DNA of 64,000 nt from the human T2T-CHM13v2.0 reference genome, Homo sapiens, in the NCBI RefSeq assembly GCF_009914755.1, contig NC_060946.1. One strand, given 5' to 3'. The first letter of the stretch is position 1; the number at the start of each line of letters is the position of its first letter. Positions 40,031 to 53,650 of this stretch are shown here, in pieces. The notes under the pieces are model-generated. The model did not search any database and was not told where the DNA came from. It was given only the letters and a program-made list of their open reading frames with translations. The position numbers and the translations under genes were made by a program.

Positions 40031-40329
40031 AAATAATACTGCTTCCCTAGACTTTCTCAAAGGAAAGTGGACATTATTCCAATATTTTATCTTCTATAAA
40101 ATTATGTCAAATAGTCTTACATAAGCCATGATTGAGCCACCTAGAGCTGTTTTCAGAGAGCAGCATTCTACACATGTTTACTCAACACTCTAAGGAGATA
40201 GAGAGACTTCTGGTACAGCAGTTACGATAACAAGTTCTTCCATCAGTCTCTCTGGGTCAATTGCCTCACTCCTCTCCCCATCCCCCATCAGCTGTGGGAT
40301 GTTGAATTAATGCTCTCAGTTCTTGACTT

Positions 40330-40650
40330 CTGTGTAGGAAGATGACATGTTCACACCTTTGCTGGGGCTTCAAGGTGTGGGGACAAATATTCCCCCAACC
40401 CTTGACTCTGGGCTTGAACATGTGGTTTCCTCTGGCCCATGGGACCTTGCCTTTTGCCATGAGTAGTTGTAGGTCCAAGGAGGATGGGAGATCAGTGGAG
40501 AAGATCTGGGGCTGAGCTCAGTCAAGACCAGTCTTGGAGACCCCCATTAACTCCTACATGCATGAGGGAGAAGTCAACACTTGTTTTCCTCCAAGATGTC
40601 TATGGTCACGTGTCATGTAACATTATTGTGGCCATACCTGACTGATACTT
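40330..40650 (+). mobile_element. Old MaLR LTR (MLT1I/J-like)
   Basis: cccttgactctgggcttgaacatgtgg...cattattgtggccatacctgactgatac. Confidence 0.55.
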
Positions 40651-40651
40651 C

Positions 40652-40850
40652 AACTGTGTGACCTCTAGCAAGTTATTTAAGCTTCCTGTGCCTTAGTTTC
40701 CTCATTGGTAAAATAGAGAATAATACTATATTTTTCACCGTAATCAATCTTTCAGAGTTGTTGTGAGAATTATCTGTCATATAACACAAGTAAAGAATTG
40801 AGAACAATGCCTGGTTTATAAACGTCCAATAACTTTTGGCAAGTTAATAT
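40652..40850 (+). mobile_element. MIR SINE
   Basis: ctgtgtgacctctagcaagttatttaagcttcctgtgccttagtttcctcattggtaaaat. Confidence 0.85.
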
Positions 40851-41869
40851 CATCATCCCTAAGTGACTCCATAAAAGCTGCTGATTACATTGAAGTAGCA
40901 ATTTGGGGTAGACACCAATCAAGATCAAAGTCCAGCAGTAAATCAGTAGGTAGATAAATTTTCATGTTTGCAAATAATAATAGCACTTGCTGAACTCTTG
41001 TCTTATGCCCAACCCTGAGCTGAGATTACATAAGTTTTCATCTTGCTGAATTCCCAGAGCTGGGCTGTGAGGTAGACTTTACTGTTAACCTGTATTGATA
41101 CATCAGGAAACTGAGAATTGGAGAGCTAGTTCACCTAGTTTGGAAGTGATGGAGCTGGGATTGAAACTGATGGAAACTCCAGGATCCATATCCATAAGCT
41201 CCATACTCCACAGCTGAGAGTTTATAGATGAGGAAACTGAGGCTCAGAGAAGGGAGATGCCTTGGCTGTGGTCACACAGCGGCTACTTGACTGAATCAGT
41301 TTCCACATGATCTTGTCAGTGCTGTAAGATGAAAGGCATCTCAGAGGGTGGCCCAGAGACAGAGAGAGGGTCTCCATTTTCCAGCTTTATTTCTGGGTGT
41401 CCAGGAATGTGTTTTGAGTTGGACTTGAAAAAGAAACTCCCTTGACATCAGAGAGGCAGTACTGGGCTGGGCCAGTGTGTGCCAAGGCTAACTGGGCATG
41501 CATTCCTGGACCAACTGCTGGAAAATGTGCAAACGTGGAAATATTTCCCCTGCTGAGTTCTGTAGTGTGCCGCTGTGGAGGCCTGCAAAGCTTGTCAGCC
41601 ATGACTCACCCCTTCCACAAAGTTGGCCTGGTCATTTCGGGTGAGGACCAGGAGCACACAAGGTTGAATTGGATGTTTATGGCTCCCAAGGGACCCATCA
41701 GACGTGCTGCCTGCCTCCCATCTTCTTTCTGGCTGAGTTTTCAGAAATGTAGGTTAGGACAAAGTCCTGGAAGGAATAACAGGAGAATAAAGGGAGTGTA
41801 TTGATAGAGTGCCTACTGCATACCAAGCCCTGGTTGAGCAGTTCTATATGTTATAAACTTGCTCTTTGA

Positions 41870-41995
41870 AGGATGATCCCAGCAGCATCAACATCCCTGC
41901 AGAGCCCGTTAGAAATGCAGGATTTCCAGCCCCATTGTAGACCTGCTGAATCAAAATCTTCGTCTTTAACCATATCCACAGGGGGTTCATCTACA
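41870..41995 (+). mobile_element. MER5A-like DNA transposon fragment
   Basis: ccagcagcatcaacatc...gttagaaatgcagg...agacctgctgaatcaaaatct. Confidence 0.75.
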
Positions 41996-43197
41996 AATCA
42001 GCCCTGTTAAAAATCTCATTGCATTCCCTCCAATGCAAACATGCTGACCCCCATTTTACAGAGGGAAACTGAGGCTCCGAGCAGCCAAGACTTGCAGAAG
42101 GTTCCCCCAGTGAAGGAGAGGCTGCACTGTCACCTGCAATGTGTCTATCTATCCCAGAACCCAGGATCTTTGGGGCGCATTACAAGCAAAATGGCTCAAA
42201 GCCCTGCGGTTGCAGGACCATAATAAAGAGGAGGGATGATATTGTGGAAAAAGCTTTTCAAAGTCAGCAGTTTATGTCTCAGCTCTGCCATTATCTTGCT
42301 AAGCCATCTCCCTAAGGACTCAGTTTCTTCATCCATGAAATGGGGGCAGGCATCAAACCACATGGCCTCTGCAATCATTTTTAGCTGGGAGATTTTGATT
42401 TGAGGACCCAGAGGATTGGTGGTGCTCAGGGTCTCTCCCATCTCAACATAAGGTTGAACCACACCCAACCTCCACTTTCCAAGAGCTTCCCAGGGGCCTC
42501 TCCCATTCCCCAGTCAAACAGAACTGCCCAACCGCCTCAAACGCCACACAAAATCACAGGCAACAGGGCAGAAAACCCAATTATCTCAGCTGTTACACTG
42601 CTTAATTTAATATTTCCAACGAGTTCCTTGAGTCTGCTTCTCAAGAATGAAATGCATATTTGGGCTCTGTCACAAAACATTACATTTTGTCAAGGCAATC
42701 CATTTTGCTGCGGTAATTTGTAAGTGTGCAGCGCTCTCCCTCATCACCCCACCCGCCACGTGGTCTGGAGGCTTCTATAGTGTCTTCTGGGAAGAGACAA
42801 GAAACTGGGAGTCTCTGCAATGACAGGCAGGTGGGAATGGCAGAGAAACAGGACCTGATATGCATCTGGCTTTCTGAAACTCCACAAAGAAAGAGTTTGG
42901 GGAGAACCAATCGAATCTCTTACCACTGGATTACAGAGGCAGGACCTGGATAGGTATTTAGCTGGCCCCAGATGATTGTTTAAACTTTTTAAAAAGATTA
43001 CACAAATCATCATGCATAGTCATTGAAGAAAAAAATTAAAAATTTAGATAATTTTTTGAAAAAAGAAATTGCCTGCAAACTCTCACCTAGAGATGAAGGT
43101 GAGTGTTGTTAAATTATACATTTAGTTTTGACAAGTGAGTAAAAGTGATCCCCATTTTAAATATCAAAAAGTATAGAAATTAAGTTTCAAGTTAATT

Positions 43198-43475
43198 AAT
43201 TTTTTCATTGATACATATTAGTTTTACATATTTTGGGGATACATGTGATATTTTGATACCTGTATACAATGTGTAGTGATCAAATCAAAGTAATTGGGGT
43301 AGCCATCACCTCAAAAATGTATCTTTTCTTTGTGTTGGGAGTATTACACATCTTTTCTTCCAGTTATTTTGAAATATGCAATAAATTATTGTTAACTGTA
43401 ATTTTCCTACTGTACTACCTAATACTAGAACTTATTCCTTCTAACTGTATTTTTTGTACTGTTAACCAACTTGAT
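43198..43475 (-). mobile_element. L1MA-like 3' end
   Basis: tacatgtgatattttgatacctgtatacaatgtgtagtgatcaaatcaaagtaattgggg. Confidence 0.85.
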
Positions 43476-44361
43476 TTATAAACACACACACACAACCAAA
43501 TAGGATCTCATTCGACATGCTATTTTAAATTTTATTTTACATTGAAATAACTTCAGACTTACAAAAAGTTGTAAGAACCTTGTAGAGTTACTGTGTGTCC
43601 TTCATCCACCTTCCCCCATCTTTTATAACAATGGTTCATGATCACAACCAGGAAACTAGCATCCTGCATATGAATTTATTAGCTGACTTTTCTACTCACC
43701 ACTTTCCCATTAGAGCCTAGCCCTTAGTTTCAGACTTTAGTGATTAAATCCTGGTTCTTTCTACTCAGGGGATCTTGGCCTAGAGACTTTGGTTTCCCAT
43801 CTGCAAAATGGGTTGGTAAGCAAATGCTCATCTTGTATCAGGCTTGCTGTGAAAATTAAATGATATAATGCAGAATGCGGGACCCACATGAAGTACTGAG
43901 AAGATAATATCTGTCCCTGTATAGTTTTATCCTTGTATTATCACTTCAAATCCCAGAGATCTGGGGAGATGCGTAAGGAGTACTGGGTGGCTAGTGTGGA
44001 AAGGGGCTAAGAGGCAGGATCTTTGTTTCCCTACCTAACCGTAACTAAGGCAACTGTTTCATTTTTTTCTAAAAACCTACTCCATGTATTTAAATTTTAT
44101 AGACAAAATCTGGTTTGAAGAAAAGAGAATTTCAGGGTTTTATAAACAGGTGAATCCCAAGATTTTTAAAAAGGTTTTTCTGATCTCAAATGGCTGCATA
44201 GAATTTCATTGCATGGAAGCCCCGTTCTTTACTTGGTCAGTTCCTTTTTGTTAGACATGTAGTTGTTTCTAATTTTTATTAATGCAAAAAACTCTAAAAT
44301 GAACATAATTATGCATATATTTTTGCATACTTGTCCAAATATTCTTCAGATACATTTCTTA

Positions 44362-44525
44362 ATTTTTATTTTTTTTAGAGAAGGGATCTCACTCTATTTG
44401 CCCAGGCTGGAGTTCCATGGCACAATCGCAGCCTACTGCAGCCTCAAATTCCCGTGCTCAAGTGATCCTCCAGCCTCAGCCACCTGAGTAGCTGTGAGTA
44501 CAGACATGAGCTATCATGGTGGACT
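44362..44525 (-). mobile_element. Alu monomer fragment (FRAM/AluJ right arm)
   Basis: gcccaggctggag...ctcaagtgatcctccagcctcagccacctgagtagctg. Confidence 0.85.
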
Positions 44526-45408
44526 TTTTAAAGATAAATTTTTATCAATAGAATTTTAAATCAGGGAGACCTGATTAAGAAGGAAACAGGTGCTTCCCTC
44601 CCATGAGTCACAGCACTGGGGTCTCCTCTTGCAGAACCATGGAGAGGTGTCACAGAGGAAATCTATTTACAAGCTTTCCGCTTAACCAGCTGATTGTTCT
44701 GAATGCTCCCATAGTTAGGTATGACAGGAATTTTCCTTCCCATTTTTTTGACGAGAAGACTGAGTTTCCAGGAGGTTGCAGCCGTTTCTCTCGGGCCATA
44801 TGGCTAATAAGGAGCTTGAGCAGGGATTCAACCTGTTTGCAACCCAAGTTCTTTCCAAGAGGTCTCAGACTACCTCCTCCATCTCCCCCTCTCCCCCACA
44901 ACACACAAATACAGAGATTGAATTCAGGAGCCAGTTTCTAGGTGGGCTTTGAGCAATCATACACAGTAATCTCTTGGTGCTTTAGTTTTCTCAAATGGGA
45001 AATGGAAATGAGAGATGATATAGTCTAGGAATATTTGAATTTACATGAAATCCAAGCTTTTCTTTACTACAGGACGTCTCATAACTTTTATTATAATAAC
45101 ATATATTATGGATCTCTAAGAAGGGGATTTGCTGGGCTCCTAGACATTGATTACCAAGAAATCCTTTTATCAAAAGCATCTCATGGGGCTATTATTTCAT
45201 AGGATTCATTTAAAGGACACTTCATCTAACCAGCTAGGTTATCTGTACCTACACTTAACTATGGCCAACATTCACTGAACTCAGTGCGTGTCAGGCATCT
45301 TGCTGAGCATGTTATAAATGTAGCGTACGGTTTAGTCCTCATGATCGTCTTTGAAAGCGTGAGTGATTGTGTGGTTGAAAAACTGTAAGAGTGAAGGAAT
45401 GAGGGGTG

Positions 45409-45862
45409 GGTACCAATCGGGGCCCCAGCAGGGAACAGATGGCATATTCAAAGAGGCTGTGATGATAGAAAAGAACTGAAAATAACCACAGAGGACCACA
45501 CATCACCCTAGGGCTTCTAGAGTAAGGACCTGTCACCATCCCTAGGCCTGAGGGGGCAAGGCCAGGGGGCTATTTCAGGGGATCAGAGATAGTAGCTATT
45601 GAAGAGGGCTGCTTGGCAATGGATGTGACCTCTGGTAGAGGGACCCAGCCAGCCTGCAGTCCAGCAGAGAGGAAGGCAGGGAATCAATACTCTGATCTCT
45701 TTTTCCCCTCCTTTCCTCCTCTTGCTTGCACCTCCCATTGGCAGGACCTACCCAGAAGCTGGAGGGCTCCAGATCCCCTTGGTGTAGCTCACCCTTCCCG
45801 GGCACAGAGCAGGGAGAAGAGGGATGGAGAGTGAGTGTGGAGGGGTAAATGGGAGACATCTC
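45409..45862 (-). mobile_element. ERVL-type LTR (LTR33/LTR16-like)
   Basis: ggggccccagcagggaacagatggcatattcaaa...cctcccattggc...ccagaagctggagggc. Confidence 0.65.
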
Positions 45863-46059
45863 ACGCTAAGGAGTGAGTGAGGGCAAGACTTGAGTGACTG
45901 AATGAGAGCATGAGGGAGTAGGGAAGGAAAGCAGCTGTCTCCCCGTGATCTGAGCCCCTCCCCAAAAGCCACCTTCCCCTCCTGCTCCAAACACCACCCA
46001 GGACCCAGACTTGGGGTCAAACCCTCCTTCGCTCCCCTCATTATCCCATCAGATTGGGG

Positions 46060-46560
46060 CTGTCATTAGCCCCCAGCACTGAACAAAGGGCCCTAGCCCA
46101 GGCGGCCGTATCCACGGGGCTAATTAATTGGATTAATGGTAGTGCAGCCCACACTGGGTCTGCCTCGGATAATTTCAATGAACGCTGAACACCAATCCCC
46201 AAAGTCATTGGAATATGGATGAGGCAAATTGAGTTAAAATTGAGGAGATTGCTGCATTCATTAGCCCGCCCACCCTCTGAAGTCGCTGGTTAATATGCAA
46301 ACTATTAATATGCAAATCAGTGCAAATGGAAAAAAAAAAAAAGAAGTGTGAGGTTCCCCCCCAGCAACTCCTTGTTTTTTTGGAAACTCGGCTACACTTG
46401 GGCAGCTGCTTCCTGTGAAAGGGAGAGGCAAGTTTGTGTGCAGGTCTCTGAGGCAGAAGGGACTGGGAGCTTTCATGTCAGAAATTAATTAAAAGCAGCA
46501 GCAGCGACACAGCACACCTTTATCGCCCGCAAACACATGTTAGAGCGAGCAGGGCAAGGT
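46060..46560. promoter_or_regulatory. Candidate enhancer (octamer/homeodomain motif cluster)
   Basis: Repeat-free; TTAATATGCAAA x2, ATGCAAAT at 46310, ctaattaattgg near 46119, aaattaattaaa near 46482. Confidence 0.5.
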
Positions 46561-46684
46561 GGGAAAACCGGATTCCAGGAGAGAAAGCTTGCTTGTTCAC
46601 CTGGGAGCAGGGCCCTGGCAGCCATAGGGAGGTCTGTTTGGGCTTTGAAAAATTTTTATTTGTGTGTTTGTGATATATACACAC

Positions 46685-46716
46685 ACGTGTGTGTGTGTGT
46701 GTGTGTGTGCGTGTGT
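46685..46716. repeat. (TG)n microsatellite
   Basis: Direct inspection. Confidence 0.9.
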
Positions 46717-46816
46717 ATAACTGCAGAAGTAATACATGTTCATTACAGAAAAATTAGCAAATAGGTTGAGTGGAAGCTTAGTTGTCTAGGATTAGAACCA
46801 AATCAGAAGGAAAAGT

Positions 46817-46860
46817 TAAGTCACTTTATCTCATAAGTCACTTTATCTCATAAGTCACTT
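46817..46860. repeat. 17-bp tandem repeat taagtcactttatctca x2.6
   Basis: Direct inspection. Confidence 0.9.
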
Positions 46861-46982
46861 AAAGCAAGGAATCTTTTTTAAGTGACACATTCATACGTTG
46901 AATATTTTATTCATTTAAAATTTGACTCTTTAATCAATCAGTGATACAGTCACATGGTTCAGAATTCTAAAGGGAAAAAAGC

Positions 46983-47205
46983 AGAAGGAAGGAAGGAAGG
47001 AAGGAAAGAAGGAAGGAAGGAAGGGAGGGAGGAAAGGAGGAAGGAAAGAAAGAGAGAAAGAAGGAAGGGAAGGAGGGAAAGTGGGAGAGGACATAGGGTG
47101 GGAAGAAGAAAGAAGAGAAGGAAATAAAGAAGGAAAAAAGAGAGAGGAACGGGAGAAGGAAAGAAGGGAGAGGGAAAGAAGGGAAGGTGGGCAGGAGGGA
47201 GGGAA
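46983..47205 (+). repeat. Polypurine (GGAA)-rich tract
   Basis: Direct inspection. Confidence 0.95.
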
Positions 47206-47249
47206 ACAGAGTCTCCAGTTTGTCTTCACCCCTCCTAGAGGCAACAATG

Positions 47250-48150
47250 CTACAGGTTTTTAAGAAGTCTTCCTGAAATATACTATGCACATACAAGCGA
47301 TTTTATTTATGCATTTCTCTCTTTTGCAGAGATTACTGGGCATGCAATCATGCATCTTGCCTCATTTGCTTAACAATCCGTCTCGGGGATTATTTCCAAC
47401 GTGTCCATGAAGACCGTCCTCATTCTACTTCACGCTCATGTTATGCCACACATAGAGGGGCCATTCTTTCCTTCACCAGCATATGGTTGATGGATATTTA
47501 GGTCGCTTCCTATTTATGTGGCCATTTCAGCCAATTCAGCAATAAGAACCCTTGTCCATATGATATTTTTGTTGTGTGGGAGATTGTCTGCAGGATAGAT
47601 TCCTGGAGGTGGAATTGTGGGTCACATGGTAGACACATGAGAAGTTATGTTTGTTAGCTGTTGCCAATTGCAGGAAATTTTTGCCAAATTGCAGGAAAGT
47701 TGCACCAGCTCCTGCTCTCACCAAGTATCTTAAAATAAAAGTTAAAAATAAATAAATGAAATAAAATAAAGGAGAGCCCGCGCACAGCCTCAATAACATA
47801 GCCGGTTCTTGAACTTTTGAATTTTCTTGAACTTTTGAGTCTTCTTGAACTTTTGAATCTTTGCCAATCCCATCCGTGAAAAAAAAATGGTGTCTCTAGA
47901 AAGGTTTATTTTGCATTTCTTTTCTCAAAAGTGAAGCTGAGCATTTTATTTTCATGTTTCAGAACGATTTGTATTTTCTTTGTGTTAACTATCTATTAGT
48001 CCCTTTAACTATCTTTCTATTAACTAAGTTTTTCTTTCTCATTGATTGGTAAATAGAGCTCTTTACAGACTAAGAAATTAGCCTTCAGTCTGTGATGGGA
48101 AGTGCTCTTGCTTTTCCCCAGTTTTCAGTTTGTCTTTGAACTTTGGTGAT
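47250..48150 (-). mobile_element. Old L1 (L1ME-like) fragments
   Basis: gttgatggatatttaggtcgcttcc...ggatagattcctggaggtggaattgtgggtca...ttttgcatttct. Confidence 0.7.
47806..47858. repeat. 18-bp tandem repeat ttcttgaacttttgaNNN x3
   Basis: Units start at 47806, 47824 and 47842. Confidence 0.9.
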
Positions 48151-48481
48151 GGGTAAAACAAAGTAATATTCTATTTCTACTTAAAGCATAGAGTGTACAT
48201 TTATTCACCAAACTTTTGACGTTAGGCAGAGGCTCTATGCTGGAACTTAGCTTCTCTGCCTGGAGGTCTCTTCTAGCTTATCTTCCTTAAGGAAACCCAG
48301 AGTCACAATGCCTCACTTCCCATTGTCAATGCCTGGATTTGATTTCTTTTCAATGGAGCAAGAATAGAAAACATTTAAACAGCCACCTGAATGCTGGATT
48401 TTTCTCCATCTTTTAGGATCCTCCTCATCTATCTCTCATAGTTTTCTTGCTTTGCTTTTATATACATACAGTTTTTAAAAG

Positions 48482-48582
48482 CAACTCACCTTTAAAAAAA
48501 AACTATAGAACCATACAACTCACATTTAAAAAACTATACAACTCGCCTTTAGAAAAACTATACAACTCACCTTTAAAAAACT
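48482..48582. repeat. Minisatellite, ~24-bp unit caactcacctttaaaaaactata x4
   Basis: Direct inspection. Confidence 0.85.
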
Positions 48583-48666
48583 TTTCAAGAAGCGAACTTA
48601 ATTTTCCTGGAAATGACAGCTTTTCCTTGCACACTCATAGTCATTGGTTTCTCTAAGGTTTAACTA

Positions 48667-49206
<540 letters not shown>

Positions 49207-49844
49207 TCAATGGCAACAAATGCTAATCAATTGGAGGGAGAGCAGGAGGTCATTGGCTGAAAGTCTCAAAGTAGCAACTCTTTGGGGCAGCTTACTTATT
49301 AAGCACTTATTATCTGCCAAGCACCACGTTAAGCATATCACAAGCTTTCTCTTATTTCTTTATTCCCATTTAATAGACAAGGAAACTGAAGTCCAGAGAG
49401 GCGAGGTGATTTGCCCTAGGTCATGTTAAAATGAATACTGTTATTTCACTTGTTTAAACTGATGAAAGAAAAATAGAATCACACTGGATTCCTGTTTTGA
49501 AACTGGTTTTTTTTCCTTCTCAAATAAGATCTTGCAATCAGTTTTCTTTGAAGAAATAAAATTAAATATTGGGTGGAAATACTTGAATACTTATTGTGTG
49601 GGTAGGGTGTAAAAATAGCAATTAGTGAATCCCTTTTATTCAAAACCCAGTTTAAGCAAAAGACCAGAAAGGTGGGTGGCTTTTCACACCATCATGTGCC
49701 CTCCTGGGCATCATTCCCTCCTTCTCTACCACAGAGTAACCACCATCCTGAATTCAGTATTTATCAGCTGTTGCTGTTCTTTGTAATTTTATTTATATGT
49801 TTGTAAACCTCAACAACATATTGTTTACTTTTGTCTATTTTTTT

Positions 49845-50145
49845 AATATTTTAATTTTCTTTTTCTATTGAGACATAATAGGTGTACATATTTCCATGGT
49901 ACTTGTGATAATTTAACATATTCATATAATTTGTAAAGATCAAATCAATGTAATATGGATATCCATCACCTTAAATATTTGTCTTTTCTTTATATTAGAA
50001 ACATTTGAATTACTCCTTTTTAGCTACTTTGAAATATACGATAGATTGTTGTAAACTCTAGTCACCCTACCGATCTATCAAACACTAGGTCTTATTTCTT
50101 CTATCAAATTGTATATTTGTACCCATTAATCAACCTCTCTTCCTG
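49845..50145 (-). mobile_element. L1MA-like 3' end
   Basis: gtacatatttccatggtacttgtgata...gatcaaatcaatgtaatatggatatccatcacc. Confidence 0.85.
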
Positions 50146-51829
50146 GTACTTTTGTCTATTTTTGAGCTATCAGTAAACAGAATTGGCCTGGCATACTTCA
50201 GGAAGACTCGCCTTTTCCTCTTAATAGGATGCCATGGGCATGCTTCCATGTCAACAGCTGTGCTTCTCATTCTTGGTGTTAATGACGGTGCCCTATGCAT
50301 TATGTGGGTGAACTCACACTTACTCAGCCAAGGACAATGGTCTGAATGGTCATGCTTCCATCACACCTTGCTTTGCAATGGAGTTTGTTAGGGCCATCCT
50401 TCCTGTGCAGGCCCAGAGTGGGGATATAAGCATGGCTGCTTTGCTAACAAGTGAAGGATTCTTGGACTCTGTTCACCATGATAACCTGCGGTTGAGAGAC
50501 CCCCCAAGAAAGAAGGACCTCCAAGCAGGGTTTCAAAAATGACAGATACCAAATCTCAACTCAATCCTCTCTGCTCTAAGGCCTTCTGGGGTTCCTCTTT
50601 GCCTCCACTGGACATCCAAAGTCCAGGAAGTACAGGATATATGTTTTGTCCCCTGCTGGAGTCTAGCTCCAGGCTGGGAATAGAGCAATGCTTAATAATA
50701 TTGGCTGAAGGAAGGAAGGAAGGTAAGAAGGAAGTCAGTCTTCCCTGGTTCTGTTCTGAAGTCACAAGTCAGCCCTCTTTCCCTCTCATTCCCCATACAT
50801 ACATTTTCCATCCTTCTCTTATACTAAATTGTGTCCATCTTGCAACATTTAGAATTAGCCTCTGCCTATCGGTTCTTTGCACTCAGTGTTGACATGACTT
50901 AATCTCCGATTAAGCTGCTGAGTCTCTAAACGTTAAAGACAAGGCAGCACCAATGACCGGCCCCAGCAGAAGTGCACACCTGCAGAAAGGCTTTGCTGGT
51001 GAGGATTTCAAGAGTTTCCCATAGAGTCAGCCCACAAATATTGATCAAGCATCTGCCAGACAATAGGCCTAGCTCTAACTCAGTCCACAAACAGCCACAG
51101 AGGAGCAGAAAAGAAAGAATTATCTCACTATTATCACTACAAATAACATGTAGGAATCACTCACTGTATACTGTTCCTGCTTCCAAGTGCTGTACATGTT
51201 TTAACTCATTGAATCCCCAAAGCACAGGATGATGTAGGTACTGCTGTTATCTGCATTTTGCAGAGAGTAAACTACCTTTTGCAGAGAGGCACAGAGAGCT
51301 TAAAGAACTTGCTCAAAAAGTCACACAGGTTATAGGAGAAAGATGAGCTAGTATTTATTAAGGTCCTATTATGGGCTAAGCAATTTAACTCCATCTCTGT
51401 ATTAAGCCCTCCTGTGAGCCTGTGAGCTTGCTAATGTTGTTTCCCTATTGTAGGCAAGAAGCTGAGAATCAGAGCGATACAGTGACACTCCAGAATCACA
51501 CAGCCAGTTAGTCGCAGAGTGGGGTCTGTCACTTACGAAGACAACAGCTATTTCCCAGATGGCAAGGTGATGGAACGTGACTAGGACAAAGATGCTGTTC
51601 TTGAAGAAGACACAGTCTAAAGGCCGGGGTGGGTAAAGCAGCACAATGAATGGGTGGGACACTGGAGATTCAGTGTGATAATGATGGGTGCAGAAGCAGC
51701 TGTAGGGAGCTTCAGAGGGAGATGAGCAAAAAAACATGGGGCAAGTCAGAGCCTAACCCCAGGGGAAAATGGACAACCTCATGGGGTGAGAGTTTAGGGA
51801 GGCACAAAGGATGCGATGCTCATAAGAGC

Positions 51830-52125
51830 CGCATTTCTTGAGCACCTACTATGGGATGGGCCCTGTGCTAGACCTTATGAGTGTTCGCGCCTAATCTTCA
51901 TATGACCCTCCAAGGTAGGAGCTATTTTTGTGCCCACAATAATAAGGTAGCAGTTTATTAACCCATGCACTCATTCCATGAGGTAGGTACTGTTATTGTT
52001 CCCATTTCACAGATGAGGAAATGGAGGCCCCTGGGAGGCTGGCGAATACTCAGGTCACCTAGGTAGTAAGTGGTAAAGCTGGTCTGTCAACTCAGATGGG
52101 CTGATTCTGGAGTCCCCCCACTTAC
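51830..52125 (-). mobile_element. MIR SINE(s)
   Basis: gaggtaggtactgttattgttcccatttcacagatgaggaaatggaggc. Confidence 0.8.
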
Positions 52126-53269
52126 CCACCTGGCTGCAGCTCAGATGGGCCCAGCCAAGTCTCCCCAAGACAGCAAGCAGCCCCTGAGATGCACTGAGCA
52201 CGCCCCTGTCCTCAGTACGGCTCCAAGCTCCACAGCAGACGAGTTTGCCCAGGCAGGTTCTCAGACTCCCCCCAGGCCTGGGGATAGGGACCTGAGCTGG
52301 GTCAACTGAAGCCGTGGGTGGCCTGGACCTGCTCTTAAATGGAGAACCCCATGGGGTTGTTTGTGCTGGGTGAAATCACGGCTCCAGTTTGGTCTCGACC
52401 TCTCCAAATTAAAGAGAAGTTAATTGACTTTGCGTTAGGAGGGGCCTCTTTTTAATTTCCATCTGTTCTGGATTGATGTGGCCACTGTTGAGTTAGCTCA
52501 TTCTGGGAAGTTCCTCCAAAGAGGCCTTTCCATCCTCTTTCCATCCAAAGAGGCCTTGTCGTCGTCAGGCTGATGGGGCTGATTCATGGGCAGCTGCTTC
52601 CGGAGCTCAGAATGGGCTCCAAGGCCCCACAGCAGATAGAAAGGACCCCATTGAGCAGCCTTGGCAGCTGCCAAGGAGAACTCAGGCCCGTGTCACTCCC
52701 AGGCTGGGTGTCAGTGCAGGGTCAGGCAGGAAGATGCAGACTCACATACCTAGAGCACCTACTGCATGCCAGGCTATGCATTGTAAGTCCCCTTGCCTCT
52801 GCATCTTCTCAAAAGCCCACAAGGGAGACCTTTATTCCTTCTTCCATTTGGCGGGCCTTTTATCAGACATTTAGCAAATGCTTAAGCCATGTCCTGCTCC
52901 ATGCTAAGCCTGAAAGGGTGCTTTGAGGAGCAAAAACACTCAAGTTCCTGCCCTAAAGCGGCCCACAGTCCAGTGTGGAGACGCTGATTGTCAAGTGCAA
53001 CACATGCAAATCACAAGCAAACACATGCAAAATAGCGACTATAAAAAGTGGGTGGATGAGGGCTGCTTCTTCTCCCTAGGTCTATAATTATGGTTAAGAA
53101 CCCCCTTTTACTAAAGACATTGAGGTTCCTAAACATAAGCAACAAGCCTGAAGGATAATGTCCACACTCCCTGGGGCAGGTTACAGGACCTCTACTTGGG
53201 GCCTTCCAGCCTCAACCCTAACACTCTACACCTTCACTACAGGGACCTACAGGCAGATATATTTGTAGC

Positions 53270-53650
53270 ATATTTGCCTTTCTCCTCTCCTTCACCAAAT
53301 TGCAAGTACCTTCTTAAATAAGGAGTGTTTTTTTACACCCATTGTCCCCTTCTCATGGCAGACTGCTAGTCCTAGTACAGTACTTGACATTTAATAGGTA
53401 GTCAGTCAATCTTTGGAGGATGGATGGATGAAAAGTTAGGTGGATAGGTAGGTAGGTGGATGCATGGGATTTGGAATGGGCAGATGGAGGCATAGATGCA
53501 TAGAGCAATGGTTGGACAGGCAAATGGTTAGATGGTTGGATGAACAGATGGATGAATGAGTGGTTGGCTTGATTAATTCATGGATGATTAGATTGATGGA
53601 TGGATAGGTGGTTAGTTGGATAGACGGATTGATGGATGAATGAATGGACA
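53270..53650 (+). repeat. L2 3' end running into a degenerate (GGAT)n array
   Basis: cctagtacagtacttgacatttaataggtagtcagtcaatctttgg followed by ggat units. Confidence 0.75.

Noticed and set aside
48482-48582. Four ~24-bp direct repeats, superficially CRISPR-like
   Set aside because: The units are head-to-tail without unique 30-40 bp spacers, there are no cas genes, and the context is eukaryotic. It is a minisatellite.
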